Shown here: positions 42,101 to 57,100 of the stretch, piece after piece
Numbering within the stretch: the first letter of the stretch is position 1
Layout: each line of letters starts with the position of its first letter
Origin: Callorhinchus milii
Lineage: Eukaryota
Assembly: GCF_018977255.1 (NCBI RefSeq)
Contig: NW_024704743.1
Location: 72,170,001 to 72,234,000, forward strand
Direction of reading: 5' to 3'
Length of the DNA: 64,000 bases
The notes under the pieces: generated by a model
Seen by the model: only the letters and a program-made list of their open reading frames with translations
Told to the model about the DNA's origin: nothing
Databases searched by the model: none
Made by a program: the position numbers and the translations under genes

Positions 42101-45100
42101 TTGATGTGGCCAAGAGACACACATGAAGGACTGGGAAAACATAATTCACTCAGATTTATTCTTTTTATAAGTAATAATCCTTGCATTTGATACAATTTGC
42201 ACTTATATAGTGGCCTCCACGCAGGGCAGCGCATCAGAGCGCTTAACAGTGGTGGAGCCTGACTCTGAGCCGGGGAGAGGGGGGAGGTGGCCGTAAGCAT
42301 GGTCGAAGAGGAAGGTGTTCAGGCGGGACTTGAAAAAAGGGAGAGGGGGCAAGGCGGAGGAATTGAGGGAGAATGGTCCAGAGTTTCGGGGCGTAGTGGC
42401 TGAAAGTGCGACCTCTGATGGTGGGGCGGAGGGTGAGAGGGACGAGCAGGAGACTGGTGCCAGTTGAGCTTAGACGCCGGTTGGTGGGATTGGGGAGTGA
42501 GGAGGTCGGAGAGGTAGGGAGGCCAGAGAGTGAAGGGACTTGAACACAAGTCTGAGGATCTTGAAGTCGATCTGTTCGTTGATAGGAAGCCAGTGGAGCC
42601 CGGCCAGAACTGGTGAGATGTGGGTACGGAGTTTGGTCCAGGTCAGTATGTGGGCAGCAGAGTCCTGAATGCCAGATATAGGCAGATATAGCATCTTATC
42701 ACATCGTTGAGACATCTCAAAGTGCTTCACGGAATATACTGTAAAGTGTAGTGACTGTATATTTTGTGGGCGTAATGCGGCAGGCAATTACGCACAACAG
42801 AGCACAACAATTTCACATAATGGATTCTTGTAGCTCAGTGGGTAGAGCACTTGCCTTGCAAGTGAGAAACCTGGGTTCGATTCCCGGCAGGGCAAAATCT
42901 TGGGCAAGTTTACTTACTCCACACGCCTGATAATAAACCCTCAAGAAAAAAAAAATTTGGTCACTCAATCCACGACTGCTTGTGGGACACTGCTGTGTGC
43001 AATTGGCTGCTGCGTTTCGCCCACAAATATACTCAATTCACATTACAATATATTCGGTGAAGCGCTTTGAGATGTCTAGAAGACGCGAAAAGTGCTACAT
43101 CAAATGCAAGGATTACTAGCTTTTCTTTCTAGAATCTTCCATTATTGTCTCCTTTTGTCTTGCACCATAAACATCTCTGATCTCGTCAACTTCTGTCCTC
43201 CACCTAAATTTTCCTCTGTCTTTCTTTCTCCGCCCCCTTCTCTGCTTGTCCTTATAATCTGCTTCCTTCCAATATCCCCCAGTTTTGATGAAAGGTTATC
43301 GACCTGAAATGTTAATTCATTGTCCTGATAATGGGCTAATGTGATCAACTAATCACTTGGTGCAGACATCAAGTCAAGAGTCAAAAACAAGTTGAATGAT
43401 GTGCTAAACTAATAATTTGTTTCAGACGTAATTAAGGGTCAACATGTACAAGTAGCTTATAAAAGACTGGAAAGTGCTTGGCTGAGCTGAGCTGGAGACA
43501 ATTAAGGAACAGTCTCTGCCAGCTTCCAGGACAGACATGTATTGTGTTGTTCTGTACTATTAATTGACTGTTACAAATCTATTGGACATAATACTGGCCA
43601 GGATCGTGATGATTAGAGAATGATTTATTAAAGATCCCAGAAGCTCAACATCCTGGCTATTCAAGATCTTTGTACTCTCAAGATACTGTACTTTTGATAA
43701 CTAGTCAATTCTGGTAACAATAATAATAAAATAATAATAATCCTTGCATTTGATATAGCGCTTTTCAGGTCTTCTAGACGTTTCAAAGTGCTTCACAGAA
43801 TATACTGTAAAGTGAATTGACTGTATATTTTGTGGGCGAAACGCGGCAGCCAATTGCGCACAGCAGTGTCCCACAAACAGTCGTGGATTGAGTGACCAAA
43901 TTATTATTTTTTTTTTCTCGAGGGATTATTATCAAATGTGTGGAGTAAAGAAACTTGCCCAAGGTTTCGCCCTGTCAGGAATCTAATTCAGATCTCTTGC
44001 TTGTGAGGCGAGTGCTATAACAACTGAGCTACAGGACTCCACAGTCGTTTGAGCTATTTTTCTTGGGGTAAAAAGCTATCAGAGTTTTATTTTATTTGGG
44101 GGATTGTTGACCAGGACATCGGGAGAAACTCCCTTCCCTTTTCAAATATTGCCATGAGATCCTTAACATCCACCTGAATGGGCAGACAGAACCTTGGCTT
44201 TAATGTCTTATCCGAAGGACAGCACCTTCAACAATGTAGCACACCCATATATGTATGATATTGGGGAACTTGTTGAATCACTTATTAAGAATAATGGATG
44301 AAATCAACCCCCTTTCTCTGTGCCAACTCCCACAGCTTTTGAAATGTAACAAGTTTTAGCTAAATCAACACCAAAGCCCTTTGTAGTTTAAGATATCTGC
44401 TAATAAAAAACACGTAAGCATTCAATAGTAAGGCATTGCCCCCCTGTGGTTCCACTTGTGTTCTTAAATACAACCCAGCCTAAGGGGACTGCATATATGA
44501 AATATAAGGTAATCGAGGGGCATGGGAGAGGGGATTAGAAGGGACGAAGACTCACGTGGAGTATAAACACTGACATGGAGTAGTTGGGTCAAATAGCCTG
44601 CAGCAGCATTCCATGTAATTCTATGAAAAATATCCTCTGGTAGTGTTAAAGCCCCTAAATATTGTTTTGCAACCTTTAGGTAACTGTGGGCATGAATCTA
44701 CAAAACAAAAACGTTCACAATTTAACACAGCTGAACAGATGCAGTCTTAGTCACAGTGACGTGTGAAGAATGGAAAAGTATGTAATGTTGCAGAGATGCT
44801 CTTCTGTTTTTGGAGTTAAGGTACATTATTAAGACTGTGCAGAGAATGTTATATCTTGATAATGAACCATATTCAAACTGGAAGTACTCAATGCTGTCCC
44901 AAGAATCTATTTTCTACACAAAAAAGGTAGGGCTGATAAAAACATAAAAAAACAGTCATAATAATCTTACACAGATCTAAAATTATGGCAATAGTATTAC
45001 TGTGTAGGAGTGACCCCTGGTAGGTACACAATGAAAATTAAAGTTGGACACTCTGCTTATATTAAGCCATTCAAATGCAGACTAAGGTTCATGGAACATG

Positions 45101-48100
45101 TGTTACCTGGCTGGCAATTTCAGTGATGGCTTCTAGTAGTTTTTCTAAAGCTGCTTGCAGACGGGTACCAACGTTTAGTACACACTCTTCATTGTCAGGA
45201 TCCAGCTCAGCACCACTGAAGATGCTCTGTGTGAAATGCTGCGAGAGCTCCAGTCCCTCATCTGTTCCTCCTGACCACATACTAGAATCATCGCCTCCTT
45301 CACTGTCATGATAGCTATCCGAAAGTTTTTCTGCAAATTAATAAAAGGTTATTTTCATCTGGATTGCTCAAAATATTACTTTACAGTTGTCTAGCTTTGT
45401 CTTAATTTTCCTTTGCACACATCTTTCGCTGAAAGCATCCGTCCTCATTGCAAGTTCATATTGGGGTAATCTCTTAAGCATCAACATTTGCATTTGTAAT
45501 ATTGACCTGTGATGACATTGGCCAGTGGTTTCCCAATTATGGTTAAATTATAGATAGATTCTAGGTTTATAAAAATCTCAATGTAACTTTCCAAAACCGA
45601 ATGACAGCACGTCTTTGGTGCCCAAATTGATAAATTGCAGATAATTTTCAAAATTGTTAATCCCAACAAAGATTTCGTTTTGGTTACATTCATTCCAACA
45701 GTTTGAAGTAGGAGATGAAATGCTGCTGTCTGTTTCATTCCAGTCAATCAGATGCTCAGAATCAGATGAGAGAAAAAACAGTGTTCCACCAAGTATTCAA
45801 CAATTATGTACTACATACAAGTCGAAACTTTTGTGCTATTAAGGGACAAGCTCAGTTGCTTACGTACCCAGTAGCCTTTACAGTGAATCCTGCTTATCTG
45901 GATACATCCAGGGTCAGAAGAAATTATGCAAATAAGCACCCATGTGTTAATCTGGAGACTGCCATGTTTAATACACACTGCAAGTTGTTTCTATTCAAAT
46001 TTTAATGCATGCAAGTGTTTAACAGACAAGGGAGACTAATTGAAGTAAACAATTTAATAAACAATTTACTTGCAATTTACTGTGCTTGTATCATTCACAG
46101 TGGAAAATGTGTATAGAGTTAAATGCAGGTCTGCTTTGCTGACTTTCAAACCTGGGAATATTGCTGCCACTTGAGATTATATATATGCTCAAAGACAGCT
46201 TTTTCACCTGGCAAGTAATGTTGCTGGCACTCCAGGCCTCTCCATATAGTCCCAAGTCCTTCAAATTCTTGAAAACGTGGATTGTAGAGAACCTCCATCT
46301 TAACTTGGAACTGCCCTCCTGCTGCTAGTGAACAGGACTCTCTCTGAGGCACAGACTCTGTCAGTGTTCCAGTGTGTATTTGTGTTGCTATTTCTAATGA
46401 GACTGTGAACTATAAAGGGATCTCACTGATTTCAGTAGCTCTGATTTCAAGTGATGTTTTGGGTATCATTGCATATGTATTGCTCACATCGCAGGCTCGT
46501 GGTTTGATCAGTAAGGAACGAGCAAGCTCCCGTTCTTGTGAGGAATGTGTGGGTTGTCGCTTTGTTTGAGATCGCAGAACATGATCTGCAATCTATTTCA
46601 AAGACTGAGACTTATGATCGCTGCAGTCCAGTTCTTGAGCCAGGCATCGGCATTCCTCCAGGGTATTGCTAATGACAGCACAGCCAGCCTGGCTCATCGT
46701 GTAAACCAAACAAAGCCCTATTTCTCTACAATTTGCAATTATGATTAGTTTGTAGGTTCTGTATTATTCCCAGACTGTATATCTAAACAACAGAAGTCCT
46801 GTGAGGTAGGAAAAAGAGAAGACAGATGTTTGCCAGTCCAATCCCTGCATCAGACCTTTAGACCTTTATGCCACTGAAGCATGGATTCTTGGTAATGTCT
46901 ATCATAGATAGATCTGTCCCAGTGAAGGTACATATAAATAGAGTTGTAATTTACTTCTTGGCTTTTTTAACTTCACAAAGCAACTTACCTTTAAACACCA
47001 ATGTGCAGCTTGGGAATGGTCTGATAATAAAAGCCAGTTTCATCATAGTTGTAAAGGTTGTTGGACATCAGATTCCTCAACAATCTTAGCAAACATGATG
47101 TTTAAAGAGATCTTTTAAAAGCAAATTCTATTAAAGGATGCAAGCACAGATTTGGGAATGGCAGTCATGTTTAACTAATTCTCCAGTGTTTTTAAAATAT
47201 ATTATTAAGATGATGCACAAGGGATTTGATTTTACATGCAGAAACAAATACAATGAATAGGGAACAAGATATTAGTTTAACACACCCTTCCAGAGGTTAG
47301 CTCTAATCAACAAGGAATCCTCTTACTATTTTTGCCTTTTTGCTCGCTTGTCTCTGCCCTTGTTTTACCCTCTCTGCTACTAGGAACCTCATCTACGACT
47401 TTGTCACTTCTAGATTTAATTTTTCTAACACCCTGCCCATGAGTCTCCCTATTTCTACCCTTCACAGCTTTAGCTCACCCAGAACTCTGCAGCTCATATC
47501 CTCTCAACACACTGAGCTCTGTGTGTGCATTATCCATATCCTATTCACCAGCTCCCCTAACCAAAACTGTTCTAAAAACATTGATTATGTTTTTGAATAG
47601 CACTACCTTCCCACTTTGCTTGGTATCCTACAAAATATACTCTATATAAATTAGCCGGCCAACAGCCTCATAAAACAAAAGTTTGAGGGTGATACTAAAA
47701 TAGAAGGCACAGCAAATCATGAGGAACACTATAACCAGATAGACAAGAATTTCCACTTTCAGGAAACTGAACAGCAAGTGCAGTTTAATATGGATAAATG
47801 CACAAAAATGAATGCGGAAGAAAACCCAGTATGTGATCAAAATACTTTCAGTCATTCCACTGAAGATAATTACAGTGACGGCATAATCCAATTGTATTTT
47901 ATGGTTAACCTTTGTCAAATCATTGAGACAGTATCTGATGAAGTCATACACACGAATGTAAATCATAATAAACATACCTCCCCCTGCTCCCTGATTCAAC
48001 AACAAGAACGACTTCTGTGGTTCACCTGACTCTTGTGGCGCTCGTTCCCACATAGATGATCTAGAAGACTGTGCCCTGCTTGCTCTCTGTATTAGGGCTG

Positions 48101-51100
48101 AAACATGTCTACTTATAGTTTCCTCTGCGGCCACCGTTGTCTTTGCAATCTCTGACAATACTTTTAAGAGCCTTTCATTGGCCTCCTGGAAACAATTTCT
48201 GTGTAAGTGGACACAATATTAACACAACATGATAGGGTAGAAGACAAAGAACACTTAATATGCAACACAATTATAACAACAATCTACCATCAATTGGTAT
48301 ACACTGTTCCTTAAAGAAAAGTGTGGTTATAATAAGTTAAAATAATTCCAATTCAAAGCTTTTTAATTTTTTTTGGAAATGGACAGTCACTAAACTTTAC
48401 AGTATATCATGTGAAGTGCTTTGAGAGGTCTTGAAGATATGATAAGGTGCTATATGAAATGCAAGGATTATTATTATCAGCTGGCTCAGGTGATATCACT
48501 CACTTTGAGGTCTTTGACACCCCTTATCACGTCTGTGAGCTTAAAGTCTATACTGAAACTCCAATGCAGTGCTAAAGGAGCTCTATTCCAAAAGATAGTC
48601 CTGGCAAACAATCCTCAGATTGAAAAAAAATCACTTTAAGCCTTTTTATGGGGCTGTTTTATGCTTCTGTGATTGCCTACAAATAGTCACTATACTTGAC
48701 TGAAAGCTCTGTAAAGTATTTTGGAACATTATGTTAAATGAAAGGATTATTACTGATACATGCATTGGTAATATTACTGAAAGCATTACAAAAGGTAAAT
48801 AACCTTTTCTTAGAGGGAATATTTAAAACACATAAGAAAAGCAAATACTAGTCTGTAAAATCATCACTGTGCAGCAGTTGAACTTCGAAATTACACATTC
48901 AGATTTCCGTGCTGCCCACTCCCTCCATTCATCGGACTTTCAGCCTCTCTGCCCCCACGCTCTGGAACTCCATCCCACGGTCCCTTCGCCTGCTTCCTCC
49001 CTTGCATCCTTCAAGGCTGGTCTCAAGACCCTTCTCTTCGACCGTGCCTTTGGCCTCCCTCCCACCTCTCTGCCTTCCCTCACCCCTACACCACCCCTTC
49101 CCCATGCTCGGGCCCCAACATCCGACTGTTCGCTTTGGGACGTCCTCCCGACGTGAAAGGCGCTCTATAAATGTAATTTTGTTGTTGTTATTGTTGAATT
49201 TCCCTTCCCTACCCAGGAAAATTAAGTGTCAGGTAATTCATGCTTCACACAGCGTTAAGTAATCAAACTTGAAAAGAATAACTAATGCCTTCTGCTAACC
49301 TTTCTCTTGCGAGGACAGAGGAGTTTAATTCTTCAAATTTTCCTTGACTCGCTGAGTAGCCTTCCGGCTCACTGGACTGCTCTTCAGATTTTCTTCGGAC
49401 TTCCGTATCATCCTGTGCCAGGTTATGTATTGGTAGAAAGTTAACAACAGACAAAAATCCTGTCATTTTACTTCCCCTCTTTTCACACCAAAATAATCTC
49501 CTTTTAACATAAAGCTCATACGCAATACCAGCTCAGGTGGTGTAACAGTTCTCAGGTGAAGTGGAATGAGCACCAAGATAACATTATTTTATATAACTAT
49601 TTGATTGGATATGGTTTGCCAAGACCAGCAATCTGCAATATGTTAGCTTGGCAAAACAAGCCACATACGGGTTCTCGATGCATGCTACTATGACAACATA
49701 AGACTTCATATTAATGTTGTAAACAATTCCCCACCCATACCTGCTGCAGTCAACAACTTACACAGAACACACATTTAACAATGATTGTTTACTTTGATTT
49801 TTAATTGTTATAAACAAAAACTCAGTGCAGCAACAAGTTAAAAAGATGTTTCATTATATTGAAAACTCCAGAAAACCACAGATTAAGTAAGAAGTTTAGT
49901 TTACCTTGTCGGTCTGTGTGCTGTTGTTACACATTTCCTGAGGGAGTACTTCCTTTCCAGTAACATGGAGCTGTTTAAAGGTTTCCAATTCAGCTAGCAT
50001 TCTTTCATTTTCTGAGACCAGGATCTCGTTACAAACAGGATCACTCTGCAATAAATCAAAACTTCAGGTATTTACTAACACACAGTTGTACAGAGTTGTA
50101 ATGTTAATTCCTCAATTTTATAAAAATCTCAAAAAGTATGGATAGCTTATTCAAAAAGCCATCTGGCTAGACAAATGGTTATTTATTAATTTTATCAATT
50201 TTTTAAATATATTTAATAAACTGTTTCTCATTCTTTGAATTATATCAATCACCCTGAACGTACCACCGATGCCTACAAGCTGCCTTCCTGATAATAATTA
50301 CAACCTTTGTTATTTCCAAGACTCAAGTACAGGAACACAATAATAAAAATCCTTGCATTTGTTATTGCACCTTATCACATTGCCGGGACATGTCAAATCA
50401 CTTCACAAGATGTACTCTAAAGAAGATTGAGTGCATTTTGTGGGCGAAATGCATCTTCATTGATACTTATTGAAAGCAATGACTATAGGGAGACATTTTA
50501 AAAGTTTTACATTTTGCTCACAGAATTCTATTCAAATATAATAATAATAATCCTTGCATTTGATATAATGCTTTTCACATCTTCTAGAGTGTCAAAGCGC
50601 TTCACAGAATAGACTGTAAAGTGAATTGACTGTATATTTGTGGGCGAAACATATATATTTGGTGGCAACTGTTCCTTTGGCCTCAAATTTCTGTTGAGAA
50701 TGTGAGACATTTCTATAAGCTATTCCTCCCCAGATCTGTTTTTTTAAGATCCTCAAAACCATAAGTTGGAGCTCAAAAATCTGACATGTCTGACCTCTAT
50801 TTAAACACAGCTTGAAGGAAGAATTGCTGATGTAATAGAACCCCTGCAGCTATTTGGTATGTAAAGTTACCTCCTCGTCGTACACTACCCTAAATATTTG
50901 CTTGGAGAAAGCAGAAAAGGGAACACCGAACAACCTACCTTACAATACACAACTGTGTCAAATAATATATTAAGAGACTAAAAACTTGATTGTTGATTGA
51001 AAGTAATCCTTCCCTCCACATGTGAATTGGAAGTGTGTGCAGCCACAATAATCATTTCAAACACGCAAGTCACATAAAAAAATAACTGTAGTATGTTCAT

Positions 51101-54100
51101 ACAGGTGCACAATTACATAAAATGTAAACCTCTGTTTGATCCAATTAAGATTAATGTGCATTGAGACCATTACAAGCCATCAGATTGATAGTTTAGTTAT
51201 TTTACATCTTCATGCAGTTAAAATGTTGGGATTTGAAAAAACAGCTCAGTCCAATTCATTGTATAGGTATGGCAGGTGCCTTTCTGTGTTTATCAATAAG
51301 GTGGATACCTTACAGTGCAAACCATACATTACATTGCAAACCGTACCTCTGCAAGCTGTGCCTTCAGTTTTCCTATCTCAGTTAACAACTGCTCCTGCTC
51401 TTCCTGCAGTCTTTCTAGCTGCTGCGTGTGGGATTGTCGTAAGGCTTCCACAGTTTGTTGGTGCTCCTGGTCCTGACGAACAAACTCCTGTCTCATGTCT
51501 TCCAATCTCTCCTGATAGACCCTCTCAAAGTCACTGTCTTTTCTTCCCTGCAAGATATATGATTTTATTTAAAATCTTGTAATATCTGGCATTCAATAGG
51601 AAATAACTTTTTTATTAGTATAATAATACATAATGATCATTACGGTGAGTTTTTCAATTTTGCCCTGTTTTCTTCATGCATCTTTCTACAGATATTACTT
51701 TAAAAAAATCAATCAAATGCAGCACTTAACACTGGGTTTGAATCTGAATGAACAAGTTGTCTTTACAGTTTGCTATCTTCACAAAACAATAATTTTACAT
51801 TTTTTACCTTATTGTGTTACAAGGACTGTAAAGCTCCTAGCTCTATACTATAAACTCAATATTTGATCCAGATACATTTTAAAATGTTAAATGGTTGTTT
51901 CAAAAAGGAACTAGACAAGTGCCTAGATATTTCAAGCATTCAGAATTATTCAGCGTAAAAAATAAATAATAATAATCCTTGCATTTGATATAGTGTCTTA
52001 TCACATTGTCAAGACATTCCAAAATGTTTCACAGAATATACCATAAAGTGAATTGGCTATATATTTTGTGGACAAAATTCAGCAGCCAATTGCACACAGC
52101 AGTGCCCAACAAACAGGTGTAGACTGAGTGACCAGATTTTTTTTTTTGTAAGGGATTACTCCCGGAAAGCGATCCGCCAATCTACTAACAATCAGGTTCC
52201 TACTTACTGTTAGGTAAACAGAGGCGTGTGGAGTAAGGAAATTTGCCTAAAGTTTTGCCCTGCCCGGGAATTGACCACATGCTTTAACTACAATGCTACA
52301 GGACTTCACAATATCAAAGGAATCTTTTTGAAAAGTTGGATGGGAAGGCTTAATGGGTCAATGGTTTACTCCTGCCTGAAACTGGCACTATGTTACTAGA
52401 AAGCTAAATTTTACCAGATTAAAGACATTTTTATTCTGATCTCTTAAACTAAAACAAGTAATTAGCATTCAGATGTACTTATGTATATATGTACATATTC
52501 ATATAAAGTGTTATGACCTCAGGTTAATGACGCATGTTGCAACTGAACAGCTATAAAAGTACTTACATTTATGTTATAAGCTATACAGTGTAATGAACAT
52601 GCTCCATTACAAAATATTCTAAAATAGGTTTTTAGGACTTAAACAGGAACTTAAGGAAAGGTGGAGATGGTAAAAGAAAAAAACGGTGTGAAGGAGCTAC
52701 CGGTTGGCTGCAAAATCATAATCTGACAGAAAGGTAGAGAAACAAAATTAGGACAGATTAATAAAGAACTAAAAGCAGCAGAGACACAAAAGCAGAAAGG
52801 AAGTTCATGCAGTGCGAAACAAGGGAAGATGGTGAGATCCAGCACAGCTGGAGAGGAAAGGGTCAGACCATAAAATCATGCCATATGGAGATGTTGGAAC
52901 ATACAAAGAGCCGTAGTTAAAACTTATGTTCAACAGTACATATAATTACAAGAGTCAAAACATCTTTATACAATAGCAGTTGTTGCTAATAATTATGCAC
53001 AAGTAGAGTATTATAAATTAGCACACAGCAACACATTACATTTGTATAGTGCCTTTCACATCAGGAGGACATCCCAAAGCGCTAGACAGTCAGGGATTTG
53101 GACCCGAGCTGGTGGTTGGCAATCAGGAGGGTTGGGGTAGGAAGACGACCGAACATGCAGTCGTAGAGGAAGGTCTTGAAAAGGGCCTTGAAGGCAAGGG
53201 AGGGTGCGAGGCAAAGGGAATGAGGGATGGAGTTCCAAAGAGTGGAGGCGGAAAGCCTGAAGGCATTCAGAACATATATTTATTTTATACTGTGTATATA
53301 TATATATAATGCTTGTATTATAACTACATAATATTTATAATACAAGTTTTATAACTCAGAAGGTTGTTGATATTGTGATGATTACGTGGAAACACAAATA
53401 ATTAAATGAATGAGAATGGGAATAGTAAATTTGGAATGAATTTATGGTATTACTTAGTTAAACCAACATCAATTTGAACATCAATGCAGCTCTGGATAAA
53501 AGCAGCTCTGACAGCATCTTTGCTACAGATACACAGTTCATAAGGGCATTGTTATGAAACATTGCAGAACTATTGTCTCCAGGGACTATTATAACTATTG
53601 GCACTCGTTCCGAATTGCTTCAAGGTGCACTTAAAAATGTACATTTGATTGCAAAATACACACTTCACAGCAGGTGTTGGGAAGGGCTTTGAGACATTCT
53701 TATCATGGAAGGCGCTATATCAAATGCAAGGACCATTATTATTTAGTTCACCACACCACATTATATCTGAAAGTGGCAACTTACCTTTTCAGTCTCTGGA
53801 CTCTCCAAATGAATACATTCTGATTTATTTTCAAAGCTTATTTCATTCAAACCGAAAATATCCTTAGCCTGGTTTTCCCCCTGTAGTCCCTGGTTAGCTT
53901 TTACAAATTCCTCTCGCAGTGCGGTTCCTGACACCACGTCCTGCATTTCCAATTCATGTTTAACTGTATAATTTTGCAATCGCCTTTCAACAGTCGCAAG
54001 CTCTTCATTCTTCTGTTTCAGAATTCTTTCAAGCTCTTCTTTTTCTGCTGAAAACCGTGCCTCCTGCGTTTTTCTGTCCGCCTCAAATTGACACTGAAGA

Positions 54101-57100
54101 TCTTGCTTTAACGTATCCATTCTCTGCTCCATTTCTTTTTCCAATTCTTCCTCGCTTAACTTGCGTGCAGGTTCTTCTTGCAGATTGCTATTTATCCTAG
54201 CCAGCTCAGTCTGCTGAGCAAACCCTACGGACATCTGTACAATCACCTACAAAAACAACAAAATGTATAAAATCTTAAAATCTTCAGACTGAGTCAATTT
54301 AAAGAGACATTAAAATTAAACCAATAAATCTTAACATAATGATTATAAGTCTGCAGGGGTCTCTATACAAGCCTACAAGCAGCATTATACAAGTTAATCC
54401 TGATTTAGGATAGCTATATGTATTGAAATCAGTGGTTGAGTTTAGCAGTAATTCACTTTGGGTCAAGATTGGAAGAGGTGGACAAAGAGAAAAAGGGAAC
54501 AAGAGCAAGGCATTAATCATAAACAAACCACTGGTATTTTATTCATATTGCTGCTGCATTCACTATAATAATGGGAATAGTAAATAAAGAAACCATAATT
54601 GTGATTTCAATAATTATTGCATAATCTCAAAAATGTCTTTCCCAAAATAGGTCAATGGGAAATAATAATAATCCTCTTGTGATACAACCTTTCACATCAG
54701 GAGGACATCTCAAAGCACTTCATAGGATACACTGTACAGTTATTGTGCATTCTCTGGGCAACGCAGCACCCAATTTACGCATAGCAACTCCCCACAAACA
54801 GCCATGAAGTGAGTAACCAATTTTTATTTGGGGGATTGTTGGCCAGAACACCTTCTGTTTTTGAATAGTGCCAAAAAGTGCCACAGGATCTACAATGTCC
54901 ACTGAATAAGCAAACGGCCTCAGTTTAACAACTCATCTGAAGTACAGCGCCTTCAATAATGCAGCACACTCCAGCACTGATTTGATGGTCAATTCCTGTA
55001 CATAGCACGCAGAAGGTGACGTGAGTGCAACATACGATAAAGTTGAACCCAAAGTTCAACGTTATAATAAGGATCCCTGTACTCTGAGTGTTTCGCACAC
55101 AAAATACAGTCAATTCACTCTACAGTATATTCTGTGATGCATTTTGAGATGTCTAGAAGACTTGATAAGTGGCTATATCAAATGCAAAGATTATTTATTC
55201 ATTCTGCCACTGTACCGGGCAATACACTAAAATATTTAAAGCTGATAACAAAATATTCTCGATTGCCAAGGATCATGGAAACTGAACTCCCATATCCACT
55301 TATGTACTTGGTAGCTCCAATAATGCAAATAATTATGCAAATGATGTAAATACAACCCAGAAGGTGTGCATTTACTTCAAGTAATAACAGTAGCTTCACC
55401 CACAAATATACATGCAATTGATTTTACAGTATATTCTGTGAAGCGCTTTGAGACGTCTCAAAGGCGTGAAAAGTGTTATATCAAAATCAAGGATTATTAT
55501 CATATAGTAGTTTGAACAAGGTTGGAAACTGATCTGCAGCCAGGCAACTCTGAAAAGTCTACAATTGCTGCACACTCACCAACACTATGCCATTCCGAAT
55601 TCAGGAGTTTGTGCCGTGACTCTCAGATCAAACTGAATGGGCCTTTCCCTATAAATAAACCTGCTCTGGGATTTTTTGGGGTCAGTCAGCCGGGTATCTG
55701 ACACATGCAGAAACCCATCACCATGCTTAAGAGTTTCCAAACCCTGCGGAGGTTTCCAGGCCTTCCACCTACACATGGACATTCCAGAGGTGTAGATTGT
55801 TGGAATGGAATGTGCACTCTTTCCCTGGAGGGACGTTCCAGAAACTATTAGGTGTGGGCTGACAAGAGCCAAAGCTTGGGGACCCCAGGGACACACAGTG
55901 ATGGGTTCCTGCATGTATCTGACACCTGGCTGACAAAAGAATAGTAATTATAATGCGATTAGAAGACCATCCTCTTCGTGGTTGAGACTAAGACAATTTT
56001 AGGATAGTGGAAAGGGAATATTAACTTGCATTGTCCTGAGATTGCATGTTATATATATATATATTTTGGAGTCCTGTAGCTCAGTGGTTAGAGCACTCGC
56101 TTTGCAAGTGAGAGACCTGAGTTCAATTCCAGGCAGAGGGCGTAACCTTGGGCAAGTTTCCTTACTCCACACGCCTAATAATAATCCCTCCAAAACCAAA
56201 AACAATAATAAATTGGTCATTTTCAATTTACGACTGTTTGTGGGACATTGCTGTGTGCAATTGGCTGCCGCGTTCGCCCACAAATATACAGTCAATTCAC
56301 TTTACAGTGTGTTCTGTGAAGCGCTTTGGGACGTCCTCCCAACGTGAAAAGTGCTTTATCAAATGCAAGGATTATTATTATTATTATATTATATATATTC
56401 AAATTGTTGTCACTTTGCTCTAAAGATGACTTTGCATAAAAACATTAAGAAAGTGAGAAAATCCTGAAGATGTAAGATTGAAAGAATGGTTTATGTTGAC
56501 TATTCCTGGCTTAAATCAAGTAATATTGCTGCGCCTCAATCTCAATGTAGGTTTTTTGTTATACCTTGGCTATTTCTTCATGCATATGTTCTTCATGTTG
56601 TTTCTCTAGAAGCTGTATAATGTGAAGAGGTTCATCTTTTTGCTCTGTAATCTCCTCCAGATTAACAGGTTGCATTACTTTATGCAAATCTTGATCTCCA
56701 ATACTTTCCTCAGGTAGCTTTGTAGTTTCCTTTTCAAACACGTCCATATCCTCCAGATACTGTTTGCTTAGCATTGCTTCCATTCGATTTAGTTCTTGTT
56801 TGTGTTGCTCTTTCAAATTAGATATCTTTTGGATATATTTGGCATACAAGGTCTTTTTCAATATTTCCATCTGTCTTGCAAGATGAGGACGTTTCATTAA
56901 CCATTGCTGTTCAAAAGTGCTATCCAGTTCAGTGTCCAGCTGACAAAAAAGTAACATAGAATTTTGTTTTAAAATGCATGGCACTCTAATCACTAAAACT
57001 GATTTGTGTTGTACGGATGAAGAAAAATCTGTCGGACAAAAGATAGAGTCAAACCTATTCAAGCAACCACCTCCATTCAACAACCACACCGTTAACCATC

